From: the human T2T-CHM13v2.0 reference genome, Homo sapiens | Length of the DNA: 64,000 nucleotides | Strand: one strand, 5' to 3' | Assembly: GCF_009914755.1 (NCBI RefSeq) | Contig: NC_060927.1 | Shown here: positions 1 through 58,063 of the stretch, piece by piece | Layout of the letters: each line of letters begins with the position of its first letter | Numbering within the stretch: position 1 is the stretch's first letter | Notes under the pieces: generated by a model | Database searches by the model: none | Told to the model about the DNA's origin: nothing | Seen by the model: only the letters and a program-made list of their open reading frames with translations | Program-made: the position numbers and the translations under genes

Positions 1-211
1 AAAAAAAAGAGAATTTGTGCTCTAGAATTTCCCCTTAGAATTAGACTAAAGCTAGTCTTCAGCTGAGACTATTAATATCTTCTTGCTAACTTTTTCCCCT
101 GCTCTGTGCTGTCTCCATTATTCCCATATTCCTGAGAGTACTCCCCCTAAAAATAATTAAACATGAATTCCCATCTCAGGTTCTGCTTCTAGGGAAACAT
201 CACCTAGGACA
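1..211 (+). mobile_element. ERVL-type LTR 3' fragment (LTR16/33-like)
   Basis: Ends ...catctcaggttctgcttctagggaaacatcacctaggaca, typical of these LTR ends. Confidence 0.45.
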
Positions 212-310
212 AGATCCAAACCTATTCTCTTCCATTTCCTTAACCAGTTGTCCAAGACCATTTATTGAGATTCGTGCACTGAATTCCAAGTGATCTGCAA
301 TTTTACCTCA

Positions 311-885
<575 letters not shown>

Positions 886-940
886 CAACTTTTTAAATAC
901 AAACACCAAATAGCAGTTTCAACTTTAGTATGAAAAAGTG

Positions 941-1278
<338 letters not shown>

Positions 1279-1419
1279 TCATATAAATTCTAACTTTTAA
1301 GTGGTACTTAGCTTCTAATTGCAAATATTTGCTGGAAATTTTTTAATGTACCCTAAAAATATTGATACCATGCAACCTGCAGTGTGAAAAGGTATTTAAA
1401 AAATATTGCAGAATATTTA

Positions 1420-1637
1420 TACATATTTATATAATTGATACATTATATGTAAACTTGAGCAACACATGTATCTTGAATATATACATAAATATAGATATAT
1501 ACATCATATATGTGTGTATATATACACATCTATATGATATATATACACATGATATATAGTATCTATATGAGATATGTATATGTGATATATATGATATATA
1601 TAATATATATACACATATGTATGTTCTTATATATACA
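1420..1637. repeat. Degenerate (TA)n-rich microsatellite
   Basis: tatatacacatatatg-type low-complexity run. Confidence 0.85.
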
Positions 1638-1639
1638 CA

Positions 1640-2295
<656 letters not shown>

Positions 2296-2352
2296 GTAAG
2301 TTATTACACTTACTGTTTCACATGTATAGGAATGCAATTGATTTACGTATAA

Positions 2353-2735
<383 letters not shown>

Positions 2736-2802
2736 TGAATTTTCTATAAACAATCATCTTCTCTATGATCAATGACATTTTTATTTCTCCATTTTTACTT
2801 GT

Positions 2803-2879
2803 CCTTCCTTTCTCCCTTTCTTCCTTTCTTCCTTCCTTCCTTCCCTCCCTCCCTCCTTCCTTCCTTTCTCACTCTTTCT

Positions 2880-2910
<31 letters not shown>

Positions 2911-3166
2911 GAGACGGAGGTGTCCAGGCTTCAGTGCAGTGGCGCGATCCCGGCTCACTGCAAGCTCCGCCTCCCGGGTTCACACCATTCTCCTGCCTCA
3001 GACTACAGCCGCCCGCCACAACACCAGGCTAATTTTTTTGTATTTTTAGTAGAGAAGAGGTTTCACCGTGTTAGCCAGGATGGTCTCGATCTCCTGACAT
3101 CGTGATCCGCCGGCCTCGGCCTCCCAAAGTGCTGGGATTACAGGTGTGAGCCACTGCGCCCAGCCG
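2803..3166 (-). mobile_element. AluY with (CCTT)n-expanded tail and small internal deletions
   Basis: gcaagctccgcctcccgggttcacaccattc AluY diagnostics; pyrimidine repeat 2803-2910. Confidence 0.9.
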
Positions 3167-3169
3167 TCT

Positions 3170-5050
<1,881 letters not shown>

Positions 5051-5053
5051 AAG

Positions 5054-5615
5054 TGTATTCATTTTTTTATGGCTGTCACAAATTATCATGACTTTACTGG
5101 ATTAAAAGAGCACAAATTTATTGTTTCAAAGTTCTGTAGGTCAAAAGTCAGGAATGGATCTCACTGGGCTAAAATCAAGGTGTTGGTCAGCTGGCTTTAT
5201 TCCTTTCTGAGGGCTCTTGAGTTTGTTTCCTTGCTCATGCAGATGTTGGAAGAATTCAGTTCCATGCAGTTAAAGGACTGAGGTATGTTTCCTCACTGGT
5301 TGTCAACTGGGAGCTACCCTTTACTCTTAGAAGCTCCTTTCTGATCCTTGCACATAGCCTCCTACATCTCAGGATCAAATTCTTCCCATCCTGCCATCTC
5401 TTTGACCCAGCTAGTCAGCATTCTCTACTTTTAAATACTTTAGTGATTAGATTGGGCCCACCTGGATAATCCTGGCTACTCTTCCCATCTGAAGGGTAAC
5501 CTTAACTACTTCTGCAGAGTCCCTTTTGCCATGTAAGGTAACATATTCATAAATTTAGGGGATTAAGGTGTAAACATCTTTGCAGGGTGTGGGGAGGACA
5601 TTATTCTGCCAAACA
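5054..5615 (-). mobile_element. MLT1-family (MaLR) LTR
   Basis: tgtatt...cacaaatttatt...gttctgtaggtc...gctaaaatcaaggtgttgg...gattagattgggcccacc...attattctgcc. Confidence 0.75.
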
Positions 5616-5819
5616 AAGAAATGGGCTGTCAGTCTAATTGTCTTTCCTTTGTAGATGATTTGGCTGTTCTCTCTAGCTGCTTTTAAGATCTGGCTGTTTC
5701 TTGGAATGTATTTCTTATTTATCCTTGTGAACACTGACTCTCCTCCATTCTCTTTTAAAATTCCTACTAAGCACAAACTAGATCTTTCTTCACTCTTTCT
5801 TTCTCTCTTTCTTTCTTAA

Positions 5820-5923
5820 CAGGGTCTTGCTCTGTCACCCAGGCTGGAGTGCAGTTGCTCTATCATGACTCACTGCAGCCTCAAATGCTTGGACTCGAGC
5901 AATCCTTCAGGTAATTTGTGTGT

Positions 5924-5975
<52 letters not shown>

Positions 5976-6090
5976 GGAGGTCTCACTATGTTGCCTAGGC
6001 TGGTCTCAAACTCCTGGCCTCAAGTGATCCTCTCACTTTGGCCTCCCAGAGTGTTGGGATTATAGGAGTGAGCCACTACGCCTTGCCAAC
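5820..6090 (-). mobile_element. AluJ-like element with internal (TG)n at 5917-5970
   Basis: Antisense Alu arms separated by a TG repeat. Confidence 0.85.
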
Positions 6091-7239
6091 TAGATCTTTC
6101 AAATCTGTCCTCTCACTCTCAGCTCAGCTCTGCACCACAGGCCTCAAGCATGTGTGGATGCTTCAGCACCCATGTCCAAGCCTCATACCTACAGATGATC
6201 ATCTATTGGCTATTCTTGATGCAGACTTTGGCACAGTCCACCCTCAGGAGGAGGGATGCAAGAAAGAGACCCGATCAAGCCCTGGAAGTAGACTCAGAGC
6301 TGTTAGGGCAGGAAATTTTGGGGCTCTGCATTCCTAGTGGGTGATTTAGGAATGAAGAGTGTGGGGTCCAGATGAATCCAATCTTTTGGCCGTGTGGACT
6401 CCTCACCTTGTGAGCATGGGCACAACTGGAGGAAGGCTAGAATGAGACCCTCTTAAGTAAGGAGCCTAAGGCAGGGGGCCTCTCAATCCAGGGGTACAAG
6501 GCAGATCCCCTCTTACTCAGATCCAAGGGCAGTGCCATATGAGACAACAAGCACACTTCTTTCAAGAGGGAGAATGCTAGTAAGGTAAGGCAAGGAAGAG
6601 GAGGAAGTGTTCTGTGCAAGAGGTTGAGGATGTGAGGTCAGGAAAGTTTGGAAGTACAGAGAAATATGGATTTAAAAGTAGGCAAGAGATGCATGGTGAA
6701 ATTAGCTGGCCTCTACATTGCAAGTAGAACCGTGTAGTCAACTTTGGGCATAGTTACAGCAGATTCAGCCTTTATAAAGGCTATTCTTTCTACCTAAACA
6801 ACTCTTCTGACTGCTCCTGATTTGCTACATCCCTTATGTTCTCAGCTTGAATTTCACTTGCTTTAGGAGGCCTTGCTCCAAGCCCCTGATTAATCTATCC
6901 CTCTCTGTCTTCAATTTTTCCATAAACTCTGTAGTTCTCTTTTTGTTATATCTAATCACACTTGTTAAGTTGTCCATGCCTTTTTGATTATTCAGGCTAA
7001 AAGGTTTATGAAGACATCTGTCTTGTCCGGCATCATATCCTGGGACCCACAAAGTGACTGAAATATATCTGGTGGTCAATATATATTTGGTGAGTAGATA
7101 ATATGTCCTCATGGTGTTTGAGTGGCATTGCTTGATGTAGCTGAATCCAAATAGAATATCAGCTTTTTTATGTCCTTCCACTTCAAATTGTTTCATTTTA
7201 CACATAATTTTTCAGAGCCAGTTAATCAGACAAAGATGA

Positions 7240-7245
7240 TTTATT
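7240..7245 (-). terminator. PARP9: Candidate PARP9 polyadenylation signal AATAAA
   Basis: TTTATT on plus strand ~420 nt past the stop codon; exact cleavage site not determinable here. Confidence 0.55.
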
Positions 7246-7661
7246 TTCATACCTAAAGCACTTTATAATATTCTCTGGAAAATCTAAAATCATTCTGTTA
7301 TCCTAACATTTTTATACTATCATCATTTTAGAAAATAAAAGGCCTGCGTTATATACTAGAAAAATTTCTTCATTATATGCAAAATATTTATCTCCTCTAG
7401 TAAAGGAGATTAAAGAACAACTGCAAGAGGAAGGAAGGTCCTGAAAGTGTTTCATTTGGTATCTACCTACCCCAACCCCAAGACATAAAGACAGATAAAG
7501 GCACTAAGATGCTAGTATGTGGCTAGTCCTTTCAATAACCCAGTCAGTCCATACAGATAACCCATGGGATATATTCAAGCCACTCTTTGAGCCATCGATG
7601 GTCATTATTTGGTTAGTTCACCCAAGGTAAGGCCATACCAGCTGTTAAAATGATGTAGAGA

Positions 7662-38858
<31,197 letters not shown>

Positions 38859-39609
38859 CCTCCAGGTCCCCGGGGGAGTCTTTAAATGTTTATTCCCTTT
38901 TGCGCTTCAAAGCATAGACTGTAGTTTCCAGATATGGTGGCCCACTTCTAGGAATGAATTAGAAAAGATGCAATAAACATTAGCCAGAATCTTAGGAAAT
39001 TCGGTAAGAATATACTGTAGGAGGACTGAACATGATTTCTGATCTTGATGAGTTCTTAATTTCCTTGATAACGATGTACACATTGTTTTGCTGTTGTTGT
39101 TACTGTTTGCCTTCTACCCTTTCCAAGAGAGGTTCCAGTGGAAATCATAATGGCAGTTCAGAGAAGGGAAAATGCTCTACGACCTGGAACAGGAAAAGCT
39201 ATATGGAGGAGTTGAGACTAGAGCCTGGTCATGAAGGATGCAGGAGGTTTTTACATATTTAGAAGAAGAGGGTGATAACAAAGTGGTGAGACTGAGAACA
39301 GCATTCAAAGAACAGTAAAGAAGACCGAGCTTATGAGTGAGTGAAGCCCCCTGGAGAGCGTTTGAAGAAAGAGGAAATGCCACTAGAGCCTGTGAGGGGG
39401 GTGTATTATTGAATTTGTGATAAACATCCTTGACCTAATGATAGGGGTATATCTGGTTAAAAGTCAGAAAATCTGGGAAAAATACTTTGTTATGATTTTC
39501 CATCTAATAGGTAGGAATTAAAGATTATGAATTTTTAGAAGACTGATGATGAAAATGCTTAAAGATACAGTTGCCCACACTTGTTGCTATATTTAGGCCT
39601 CGAAATGAT

Positions 39610-39923
39610 TTCTTTGTTTGTTTTTTTGTTTGTTTTTTTGTTTTTTGAGTTGGAGTCTCACTCTGTCCCCCAGGAATGCAGTGGCTCGATCTTGGCTCAC
39701 TGCAAGCTCCGCCTCCTGGGTTCACGCCATTCTCCTGCCTCAGCCTCCTGAGTAGCTGGGACTACAGGCGCCCGCCACCACGCCCAGCTAATTTTTTGTA
39801 TTTTTAGTAGAGATGAGGCTTCACCGTGTTAGCCAGCACGGTCTCAATCTCCTGACCTCGTGATCTACCCGTCTCGGCCTCCCAAAGTGCTGGGATTACA
39901 GGCGTGAGCGACCGCGCCTGGTC
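39610..39923 (-). mobile_element. AluY
   Basis: AluY diagnostics; TSD tcgaaatgatttct. Confidence 0.94.
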
Positions 39924-40414
39924 GAAATGATTTCTAATGTCTTTGCAATAGAAACATTTTGTACAACCATCTACAGCATCAGAGCACTATTCTTACTCAT
40001 CAAGGGAAAGCAGCAGGTCTAGTACAATCCTTTGCATTCTAAAATGCAAAGACAAGATGCATTTTTTGCCTCCAGAGGGCACTGCTGTTTTCAAAAAAGA
40101 AGGATGACTTCATCTGCTTTGGCCATGGGCTTTTGCTTTAAATGTTGCACCTGTTTCTGTCTTCAGGCCAAGTTTTACAGGCCTATGGATAGCCAAACAA
40201 GGAGCATAGTGCCCTAAGCATTCCATTTCTTCCATTTTAAAAACAGAAAAGCCTTCCCAACTTTCCATCACTGGTTCCTACTGTGTTTCCTTCTCTTCAT
40301 AAGCAGCCAAACTTCTGGAATGAGTAGTGGACTCTCCTTCTGTCCACCTGCCCACTCAGCCTACTATAACCTGGCTCCCTGCCTCATTCCCAGCACCCTT
40401 TTGAAACTGCCAGT

Positions 40415-40705
40415 GGCCAGGCATGGCGGCTCACACCTGTAACCCCAGCACTTTGGGAGGCAGAGGCAGGCAGATTGCTTGAGCTCAGGAGTTCGAGACC
40501 AACCTGGGCAACATGGCAAGACCTCATCTCTACTAAAAATACAAAAAGTTAGCTGGCCATGTTGGTGCATGCCTATAGTCCCAGCTACTTGGGAGGCTGA
40601 GATGGGAGGATCACTTGGTGGGAAGTTCAGGCTGTAGTGAGCTGTGATTGTGCCACTGCACTCCAGCCTGGGCAAGAGGAATGAGACCCTGTCTCAAAAA
40701 AAAGA
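40415..40705 (+). mobile_element. AluJ
   Basis: Sense dimer; TSD gaaactgc. Confidence 0.9.
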
Positions 40706-41394
40706 AGAGAAACTGCTCATCAGAATCCCTCATGTGGTTAATGCCAATGGATTATCTTCTATCCATCTTTACTGGACCACTTTCTATAGTATTTCACTCT
40801 TTGATTCCTGAAATTCTGCTTTCCTGGCTTCTCCTATGCCATCTTCCCTTGGTTCTTCTATTACCCTTCACTTTGCCTTTACAGGCCTTTTCCCTGCGTT
40901 CACTTCCACCATCTCCCTCTTAATTGTTTGCCCCAGGATTCTGTCTAAGGCGTTTTTCATCTCATTCTGCATACTCCCCAGGAGTGATCTCATCCATTTC
41001 CATGGCTTCAACTCACCAATTGCAAATATGACTCTTATATCTGCAGTTCTAGGCCATGGCTCTCCTGAGCCCCATTTTTCAACTCCACCTGGAGGTCTCA
41101 CAGTCCCCTCAAATTAGCCTCTGCAAAAGTAGACCTTTTATCTCCTGGTCCCCAATCCTCCATCCCACCCCCACCAAATCCATACTTTATCTCCTGGATT
41201 CTACAGCTCAGTAAATGATAATACCATTTACGTACTCAAATCAGAAATCTAGGAACTTTCCCTGAGTCTTTTTTGTCTCATATCTGGGACCTGACAAACT
41301 AAATCACTTTCAAATATGCCCCTTCCTTCCTCGCCCACTGACACTGCCTCACTTCAGAGTCTCAGCAACTTTTGCCTGAGCTGTGGCAATATAC

Positions 41395-41396
41395 TC

Positions 41397-41427
<31 letters not shown>

Positions 41428-41737
41428 CTTTTCTTTTCTTTTCTTTTCTTTTTGAGACGGAGTCTTACTCTGTCGCCCAGGCTGTGGCGCGATCTTGGCT
41501 CATTGGAAGCTCCGCCTCCCGGGTTCACGCCATTCTGCTGCCTCAGCCTCCCTAGTAGCTGGGACTACAGGCGCCCACCACCACGCCTGGCTAATTTTTT
41601 TTTTTTTTTGTATTTTTTTTAGTAGAGACGGGGTTTCACCATGTTAGCCAGGATGGTCTCGATCTCCTGACCTCATGATCCGCCTGCCTTGGCCTCCCAA
41701 AGTGCTGGGATTACAGGCGTGAGCCACCGCGCCCAGC
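41395..41737 (-). mobile_element. AluY with (TTTTC)n tail
   Basis: TSD gcaatatactctttt. Confidence 0.94.
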
Positions 41738-42492
41738 CAGCAATATACTCTTTTCAAAGATTTAAATGTACCTAGTTTGACATTTTATTGTTTGAATAGG
41801 TATTACATTTACATGGTTCAAATTTAGAAAATGTAAAAGGTTTCCTCCTGTCTCCGCTGCTAAATTCCCTGTCCAGAGTCAATCAGCGCTTCTCCTGTAT
41901 TCTTCCAGTGGCATTTTTTACACGAAAGGTAGTAGCTTATACACACACTTCTGCATCTTATTTTTCCCACATAATGTATCCTAGAGATCTTTTCATGTTA
42001 GCACATAGAGAGCTTTTTCATTTTTCCTACTGCCCATTGTATTCCATTGTATAGATATACTATTATTATTAAACTGCTAGTCCCCCTATTTATGGGCATT
42101 AAAGAGTTCCCTATCTTTTGCTATTGTAAACAAGGCTGTAAAGAACATCTTTGTACACAGGTCACTTCACACAGGGGCTAATATATCAATGGGACAAATT
42201 CCTAGAAATGGAACTCCAGAACCAAAAAGTATATGCAGTTGTAATTCTGACAGTATTGCCAAATTGTTCACAGTAAAGACGGGCCCATTTCCAGTCTTAC
42301 CAGCCATGTGCAAAAACCTTATCTCAGGCCTCTCTGCCGCCACTCATCCCTGCTTGTAAATGTGTCCTCCACACGGTTGTCAGCACCATATTTCTAAAAT
42401 GCAAATCTGGCAAGTCATTTTCTTGCTTTCCCTGCTTAAAGCCCTTCAGGTCATCTTCACTGCTCTTCAAGGCTTTTCACCATCTAAATATG

Positions 42493-42832
42493 TCCTGTCC
42501 AGGGTGGACTATCAGCCTCACATAGCTACTGAGGCTACATGTGGCCAGTCTGAATCGAGATGTGATGTAAGTATAAGAAAAACACTGGGTTGCAAAGACG
42601 TGGTATGATAAAAAGAATGTAAAAATCTCATTACATGCTGAAATGATTAAGTTTTGGATATGTCAAGCTAAATAACATCATTACAGTTAATTTCATCTGT
42701 TTCTTTATCCTTTAAAAATTTCCTAAAAATCATTAAAATTAATTTCATCTGTTTCTTTATCCTTTAAAAAATATGGCTGCAAAAATTTTAGAATGAACCT
42801 ACTGGCTCCCATTGTATTTCTGCTGGACAGTG
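42493..42832. mobile_element. MER33-like element with internal 32-bp duplication
   Basis: ctgtcca...tgtatttctgctggacag termini. Confidence 0.65.
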
Positions 42833-43490
42833 CCCATCTAGGTAGGCTCTCCCTCCTTCATCCCCTCACCCATCTCCTCTCGTCCCAGGCCCCAGGCCCA
42901 CTCTGTGCTTCAGACCACAGTGGTCCCTAAGCCTCAGGTGCTTTTCCCCCCAATCCTGTCCTCCCCACCTCGCCGCCACACTCAATTTATTAAGATTCTG
43001 CTTGAAACTTCCCCTTGGAGGCCTTGGAGAAGTTTTGCTCCTTGGTTCACAGGTCCGCCTCCCCTCACCAGCCCTTGACATCAGGGCCTTGCTCTGCTCT
43101 TTGGGCAGCAAGAAACAATTCAGTGCTGTTGGTTAAATCAAGCAATGGAGGAGAAAAGCCCGCAGAAGCCCGTCTAAAGGGTAGAGTTGGAGGGAGGGAA
43201 GGGGTAACAGGTCACAATTACCAGATGAACACATTCAAATTTTCAAAAATGGGTAAGTTTAACATGGATTCAGAATGTGAATTACTTTTTAGGATCAAAT
43301 AATAGTGGTAACAGCAGTAAGAGTTACAAAGAATAAGAAACACAGGAGAAACTTACTTTCTTTGCATAGTCTACTCACAAGGGAGGCCTGGCCCTGGGAC
43401 CCGGGTCCGCGCCCGTCCCCCTTCTCCCCGCCCACCTCGAGCCTGCAGGAGAGGGGACCCCGAGGGCCCAGAGGCACCGGACCTACTCAC

Positions 43491-50987
<7,497 letters not shown>

Positions 50988-51047
50988 GACAACTGCTGGA
51001 AGATGTCTTAAATCAAGCTTTCAAAAAAATATATTTTAGGAGGCTGA

Positions 51048-51451
<404 letters not shown>

Positions 51452-51778
51452 CCTGGAGTGATACTTTTTATGGAAGACAAAAGCCCCCCAAATCTGTGTA
51501 AAATCTGCTGCAAAGGTGTCATCCCTCTTGTGTCATCACTGGGGTTAGAGGTGGGTCCGAAATAATCTTCTGTGTCCTTCAGTTGGACTCTCGGCTGCCA
51601 ATTGATCTCTTTTTCATTGCCATCTCTGGGGTGGTTCTTTGGTTTTTTGTGTGTTTTCCCCTTCATCTCTACCTGTGAAAGTGAAATTCTATTGTAAATG
51701 GGAGGAAAAAGGGTTGGTTGTGAAAAATTAAAGACCCACATTCTGCTTTCTTACTCATGGTAAGAAAAGTGGCCATGA

Positions 51779-52564
<786 letters not shown>

Positions 52565-52883
52565 GTGTTTCATAAAATTGTTTGCCTGACTCAGGTTGCT
52601 AGTAAGCCAGCAGAGGGATATTTGCCTCCTAAATCTTTGGCAGAGGCAGGAGTAAGGAAGCCATTTCTGGAGTCCTTGCTACTAATTTGGAAAACTGAGC
52701 TTCTTTCTTTCATTGCTTTTTCCCTTAAGAGACAAGTCCTTACTATATTGCCCTGTCTCTCAAGGGAAGACATCAAGACTGGACTTGAACTCCTGGGCTC
52801 AAGCCATCCCCCAACCTTGGCCTCTCGAGTAGATGGGATTATAGGCATGTGCCACGGTGCCTGACTTGAGTTTCTTATTCTAG

Positions 52884-53378
<495 letters not shown>

Positions 53379-54418
53379 ACTTCCAGGTTTAACAGACAAA
53401 ATAAACTTACTCTAGTTTCCATCTCTATCATTTTATAATAACCGTAGCCCACATTGTAGTAGTTTTTCAGCTCTTTACTAAGTCCCACCAATTCATGTTT
53501 TCACCCTTAAAATCTTTCTCACTGATACTCTCTCTGGACAGAAAAAAGGTGAAATAAGCCTACTATAAGGAATATATGACATGCTAAATTTTATTTTTAA
53601 ATGGTTCTTCAAGTCAGATTAAAGTAATAATAGCAAATTATGTGATTATCCATGTCCCAGCCTCTCTCCAAAAAAATAGTAAACAAGATGTCTTCTTCTT
53701 TTCCCAAAGATACACATACACACATGTACAAATTTTTTTATCAGATAATAATAGCTAATATTTAATGAGTACTTACCTTAGTTTGTCCCCTTTACAACAG
53801 CTTTACATCTGTGTGATTGATACAGTTCATATTCCCATTTTATAACTGAGAAAACTGGTGCACAGAGAGGATAAGCAACTTGCCAAAGGTCACACAGTTA
53901 ATAAGTGGAAATGCTGGGGTATGAACCAGGTAGTCTGCCCCCATAGCTCTGCCCCCCAGAGCTGTACTGTCTCCCATGAGGGTACTTCTCCATGGAGCAG
54001 CCTGAGGCGATCCCTTTATTCTGGGCTTCTCTCAGAAATGGATTCCCACACAGTATTCAAAGCAAATTTCCCCAGAGGAAATCCTATTGGAAGAACTTAA
54101 AAACTCAGAATCTTTTTCTTTGTCCAGAGAGTTGAGGAAGCTTAAGCTAAATGATACATGTTTTTAAAAAAAAATCAGATTATAAATTTAGTTTTTGGTG
54201 ATTCATTAAATTCTTTACTATTATAGTTATTTTCTAGCTGTTCATCTTTTAGCTAAATTTGTTCCAAAGAAGCAAAAGTTTGGTTTCTACTAAGTTCTGG
54301 ATTCTGGATGGGAGATTGCACTGTGTGTGACATGCAAGTTTCATGGTGTGGGAGATTGCAGAGCATTTGGGTTACTGCTTTTACTCTTTGGAAGCTGTTA
54401 TCATCTGTATCTGCTTTA

Positions 54419-54424
54419 AATAAA
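54419..54424 (+). terminator. DTX3L: DTX3L distal polyadenylation signal (proximal candidate at 53400-53405)
   Basis: AATAAA followed ~20 nt later by a GT/T-rich downstream element (ttgtgttctttccc...ttttt). Confidence 0.75.
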
Positions 54425-54973
54425 GTTAAAGATTTGGAACAAATTGTGTTCTTTCCCTTGCTTCTTTTTTTTTCCTTTAGGTTGAGATTCTGGGTGTTTC
54501 CTACAACACACACAGCATACAGTTGTATAACATGTGCATGGAGATCTTTGGTTGATTTTGTGTGTAGCTGCTTCCTAAATATGATCACAGTACAACTTAA
54601 CTACTCTTGACTTCACTGCTGTTACTTTTGGCTGTAAAAATCACATTTCTCAGTATTTTTTCCTTATAACACATAGGTTATAAAGATAAAAGTAGGCTGC
54701 AGATATCATCTCTTCTCTCCTGGAGAGAGTATATACAATACCCTATCAAACTATATTTGCCCTCTCCTTGCTTCTCGAGGTTCTGTTTCACCTCTCCAAC
54801 ATTGGTGCTGAAGTACCCAGACAGGTCATTGAGCACTATTAGATCAGGGGCACCCTTCTCTCCAAAGAAAAAATAAAATAAAAGAATAATACATATTTGA
54901 TGCTTCCCTGAAAATAGCATCAAAGTAATCATTAGGAGAAAAATAAGATCTTTATTGGACTTCCTTACACTTA

Positions 54974-55201
<228 letters not shown>

Positions 55202-55889
55202 TTAGGTGCTATTTCCTTTTTTATCGATTGGGTCATTTTTATTGATCAGATCTAAAACATAGAGCTTGATGCAAAGATTAAGATATTAATAATTTTGGAG
55301 GTCCAAGCCCAAGGACAAACAAAAAGAGAAGTGAGGCAAAGTAAGATGTAATGTAACGCGGTGCTAGGGGTTATCACCCTGGTTACTGCTTCACAATGAA
55401 CCTGATGTTGCTGGTCTGGGAATTACATTTAGAGATCCACTGGCCTAGAAAATAGAGTTTAAACTCAGCAGCATGGCCGTTAGCGATTGCTCATGCCACT
55501 TTGCATACTTTGTGCTCCTTCCTCACCACCAAGTCCCTAGGGTTCAGTCACACCAGACTACAAGATTTTCCAAAGCACAGTCTATGCTTTCATTCATGTG
55601 ATCTTTGTTCTGTGTAATCCACCCCCACCGCTGCTCTCTGCATGACAGATGATGAAAAAGGGAACTCTGAAGAGAGAGAGGGAGAGAGAGACACACCTCA
55701 TTCTCATTCTTCACCTGATTTTCCTCTTAGAAAGTCCCCTACTCATCATGCAAGGTCTTACTGAAATGCCACTACTATAGAAACTTTTCTCCAATCTTGT
55801 CTCTAAATTACAACGAACCACTGATTTCTGTTATCCTAATACTTTATATGTATCTCAATGCAAATACGATACCAAAACCTTTTACCCTG

Positions 55890-56286
55890 CTCTCTGCCTT
55901 GGAGGTGGTACTGAGGGCTGACCTCTAAGTACCACATCAGCTCCATTCTCTGATTACTCATTGGGTTCTGCAGTGGGAGGTACCAGCACGAGATTGGAAG
56001 GCACACGGAGAGAGTACTTGGGATGCTTATACTCCCCTGGCTGTCTTCCGAAAGCAGTCATGGGTTCTACCTGCTGGCACTTGGTATAGCTCTTACCAAG
56101 TTCAGGAGATGCCCCCTCCCTTGCCCCTTCAGCCTAGATGGTAAGGGGAGGAGGCTACTTCACCATCTCTCACTGGTTTCCTTAACCCTTTGCCCACACC
56201 TGTGTAAATAATTTCTTTATTAAATTATCTTCAATTATTAATTTTGAGTATACCATCTGTATACTGCCAGGACTTTTCGTGATACA
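55890..56286 (+). mobile_element. LTR33-like ERVL LTR
   Basis: Ends ttattaaattatcttc...ccatctgt...gccaggac...tgataca. Confidence 0.5.
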
Positions 56287-56779
56287 CCAGGTAACAGTAT
56301 TAATCTATGTTTTATTTCTCCACCTCCTACTTCCCCCCTCACTCCAAAGAGAGGGGATCTGTGTCTAATTCATCTTTATAATCTTAACACAGTGCCAGGC
56401 ATATCAAAGGCCTTCAATACGCGTTGATTGAATTAAATAATGCCCTGTTGGGCCAGAGGGGAACCTGACTCCAGCCCTGGCTTAGGGAGCACAGGAGAGA
56501 ACCCAGTGTATTTTTCTAAATATGGGTGTGTAGGGAGAATTGGGGGGAAAGGAGTGGGATGCCCAACAGAAAAGGAAAGGAATACTGATTCCTGTGTTTT
56601 AATGTGCCAGGCATTCTACAGACTTTATCTCATTTAATCTTCATTATAATAACATGAAATAGTTATGGCTGTGCCCACTGTACAGATGCTATTGACTGAG
56701 GCTACATAACTAATAAAATTGCAGACCTCAGGATTTTGACCCAGGATTTGTCTGGCAGTAACGTCTGTCCCAAAGGGCG

Positions 56780-57260
56780 ACACAATCCTGAGGCAGCTGT
56801 TCGCAAACTCGAGGCCTCAATCTTTGACGGAAGCGGTTTTCAGAGAAAAGAAGTTCGAGGCACAAGCCTGTTGGGTGGGGCGCAACTGCAGTCCCAGCGA
56901 GCTGAGGATGGCTGCGCCAGGCCCCCTTCCTGCCGCTGCTCTGAGTCCAGGGGCTCCGACCCCCAGAGAACTTATGCACGGAGTTGCAGGTGTTACTTCC
57001 AGAGCCGGACGAGATCGGGAGGCGGGGAGCATGCTGCCGGCCGGGAACCGTGGGGCGCGGAAGGCCTCCCGGCGCTCTTCCTCCCGGAGTATGGTGAGGA
57101 GCGCGGGGGACGGGTGCGGGAAGGGGACAGCAGGGCTGAGCCTGGGGCCCGCAAGACCCAGCAGCCCGAGCGGGCGCAGAGACCCCACGCCACGCACAAC
57201 CCTCTCTTCTAGGGGGCGCCGACTACGCTGACTTCCCTGTTCCGGAAGAGGGGGATGCGT
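56780..57260 (+). promoter_or_regulatory. PARP15: PARP15 CpG-island promoter and first exon region
   Basis: CpG-rich; ETS-type CGGAAG motifs (~56828, ~57243); GC box GGGGCG ~56877. Confidence 0.8.
56908..57093 (+). CDS. PARP15: PARP15 (BAL3/ARTD7) exon 1; gene continues beyond the window
   Basis: AGGATGG start; MAAPGPLPAAALSPGAPTPRELMHGVAGVTSRAG...RRSSSRSM; ATG|gtgagg donor; 62 codons. Confidence 0.92.
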
Positions 57261-58063
57261 GCTGCTTCTTTTTCCTTAGCATTTCTGGTGTGTTTTTTTT
57301 TTTTTTCCCTTAAAATTTAAAAGTTCTTTATAAAGTTTGAAAGGATATGAGTCCTTTATTCGTGATATGTGTTATGAATATGTCCTCCCAATTTATTTTT
57401 TGTTTTTTGAGTTTGCTTATGGGGGGCTTTTGTTTCTCTTTGCCATGCAAATATTTTAAATTTTGTGTGGCAAGACTTACCAGTCTTTTATTTTATGACG
57501 TCTAGACTTTTAGTCATATTTTAATATATGACTTTTAGTCATACTCTTCCCTACACCCAAGTTATAGAAGAGTTCACTCATGCTTGCTTCTAGTACTTGA
57601 ACTGATGTATTTTTTACATTTAGATCTATAATACATTTGGAGTGTGTTATTGTGTGTGGTTTGAGGAGTGAATCTAATTATTTTTTTTCAAATGGGTATC
57701 AAGTGTCCCAACACCATTTATTATAAAGGTCGTCACTGTCCCAGTAACTTGAGATACCAGCTTTATCATGTACTAGACTTTCATATGTGGTTCGGGTATT
57801 TCTGGACCTTCTATTTTCATCCATTGACCCGTTTATTCTTCTGCTTTAGAGAGGCTTTGCTGTATGTTTTAATGTCAGGGCTAGTCTTCCTAGAGAGTGC
57901 TTCCTTGTCACTATTTTCCTAGCTATTCTTGTTGTTTATTTTTCCTTATGAACTTTTCTGATGTATGATCAGTTTAAAAAAAAAAAAGAAAAGCTCTTTG
58001 GAATTTTTATTGGGATTGCATTAAATTAATAAATTACAGAGAGCTGATATCTTTAGGTGGTGT

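Noticed and set aside
56728-57212. Alternative-frame and antisense ORFs over PARP15 exon 1
   Set aside because: CpG-island artefacts; only the 56908 ATG frame matches PARP15
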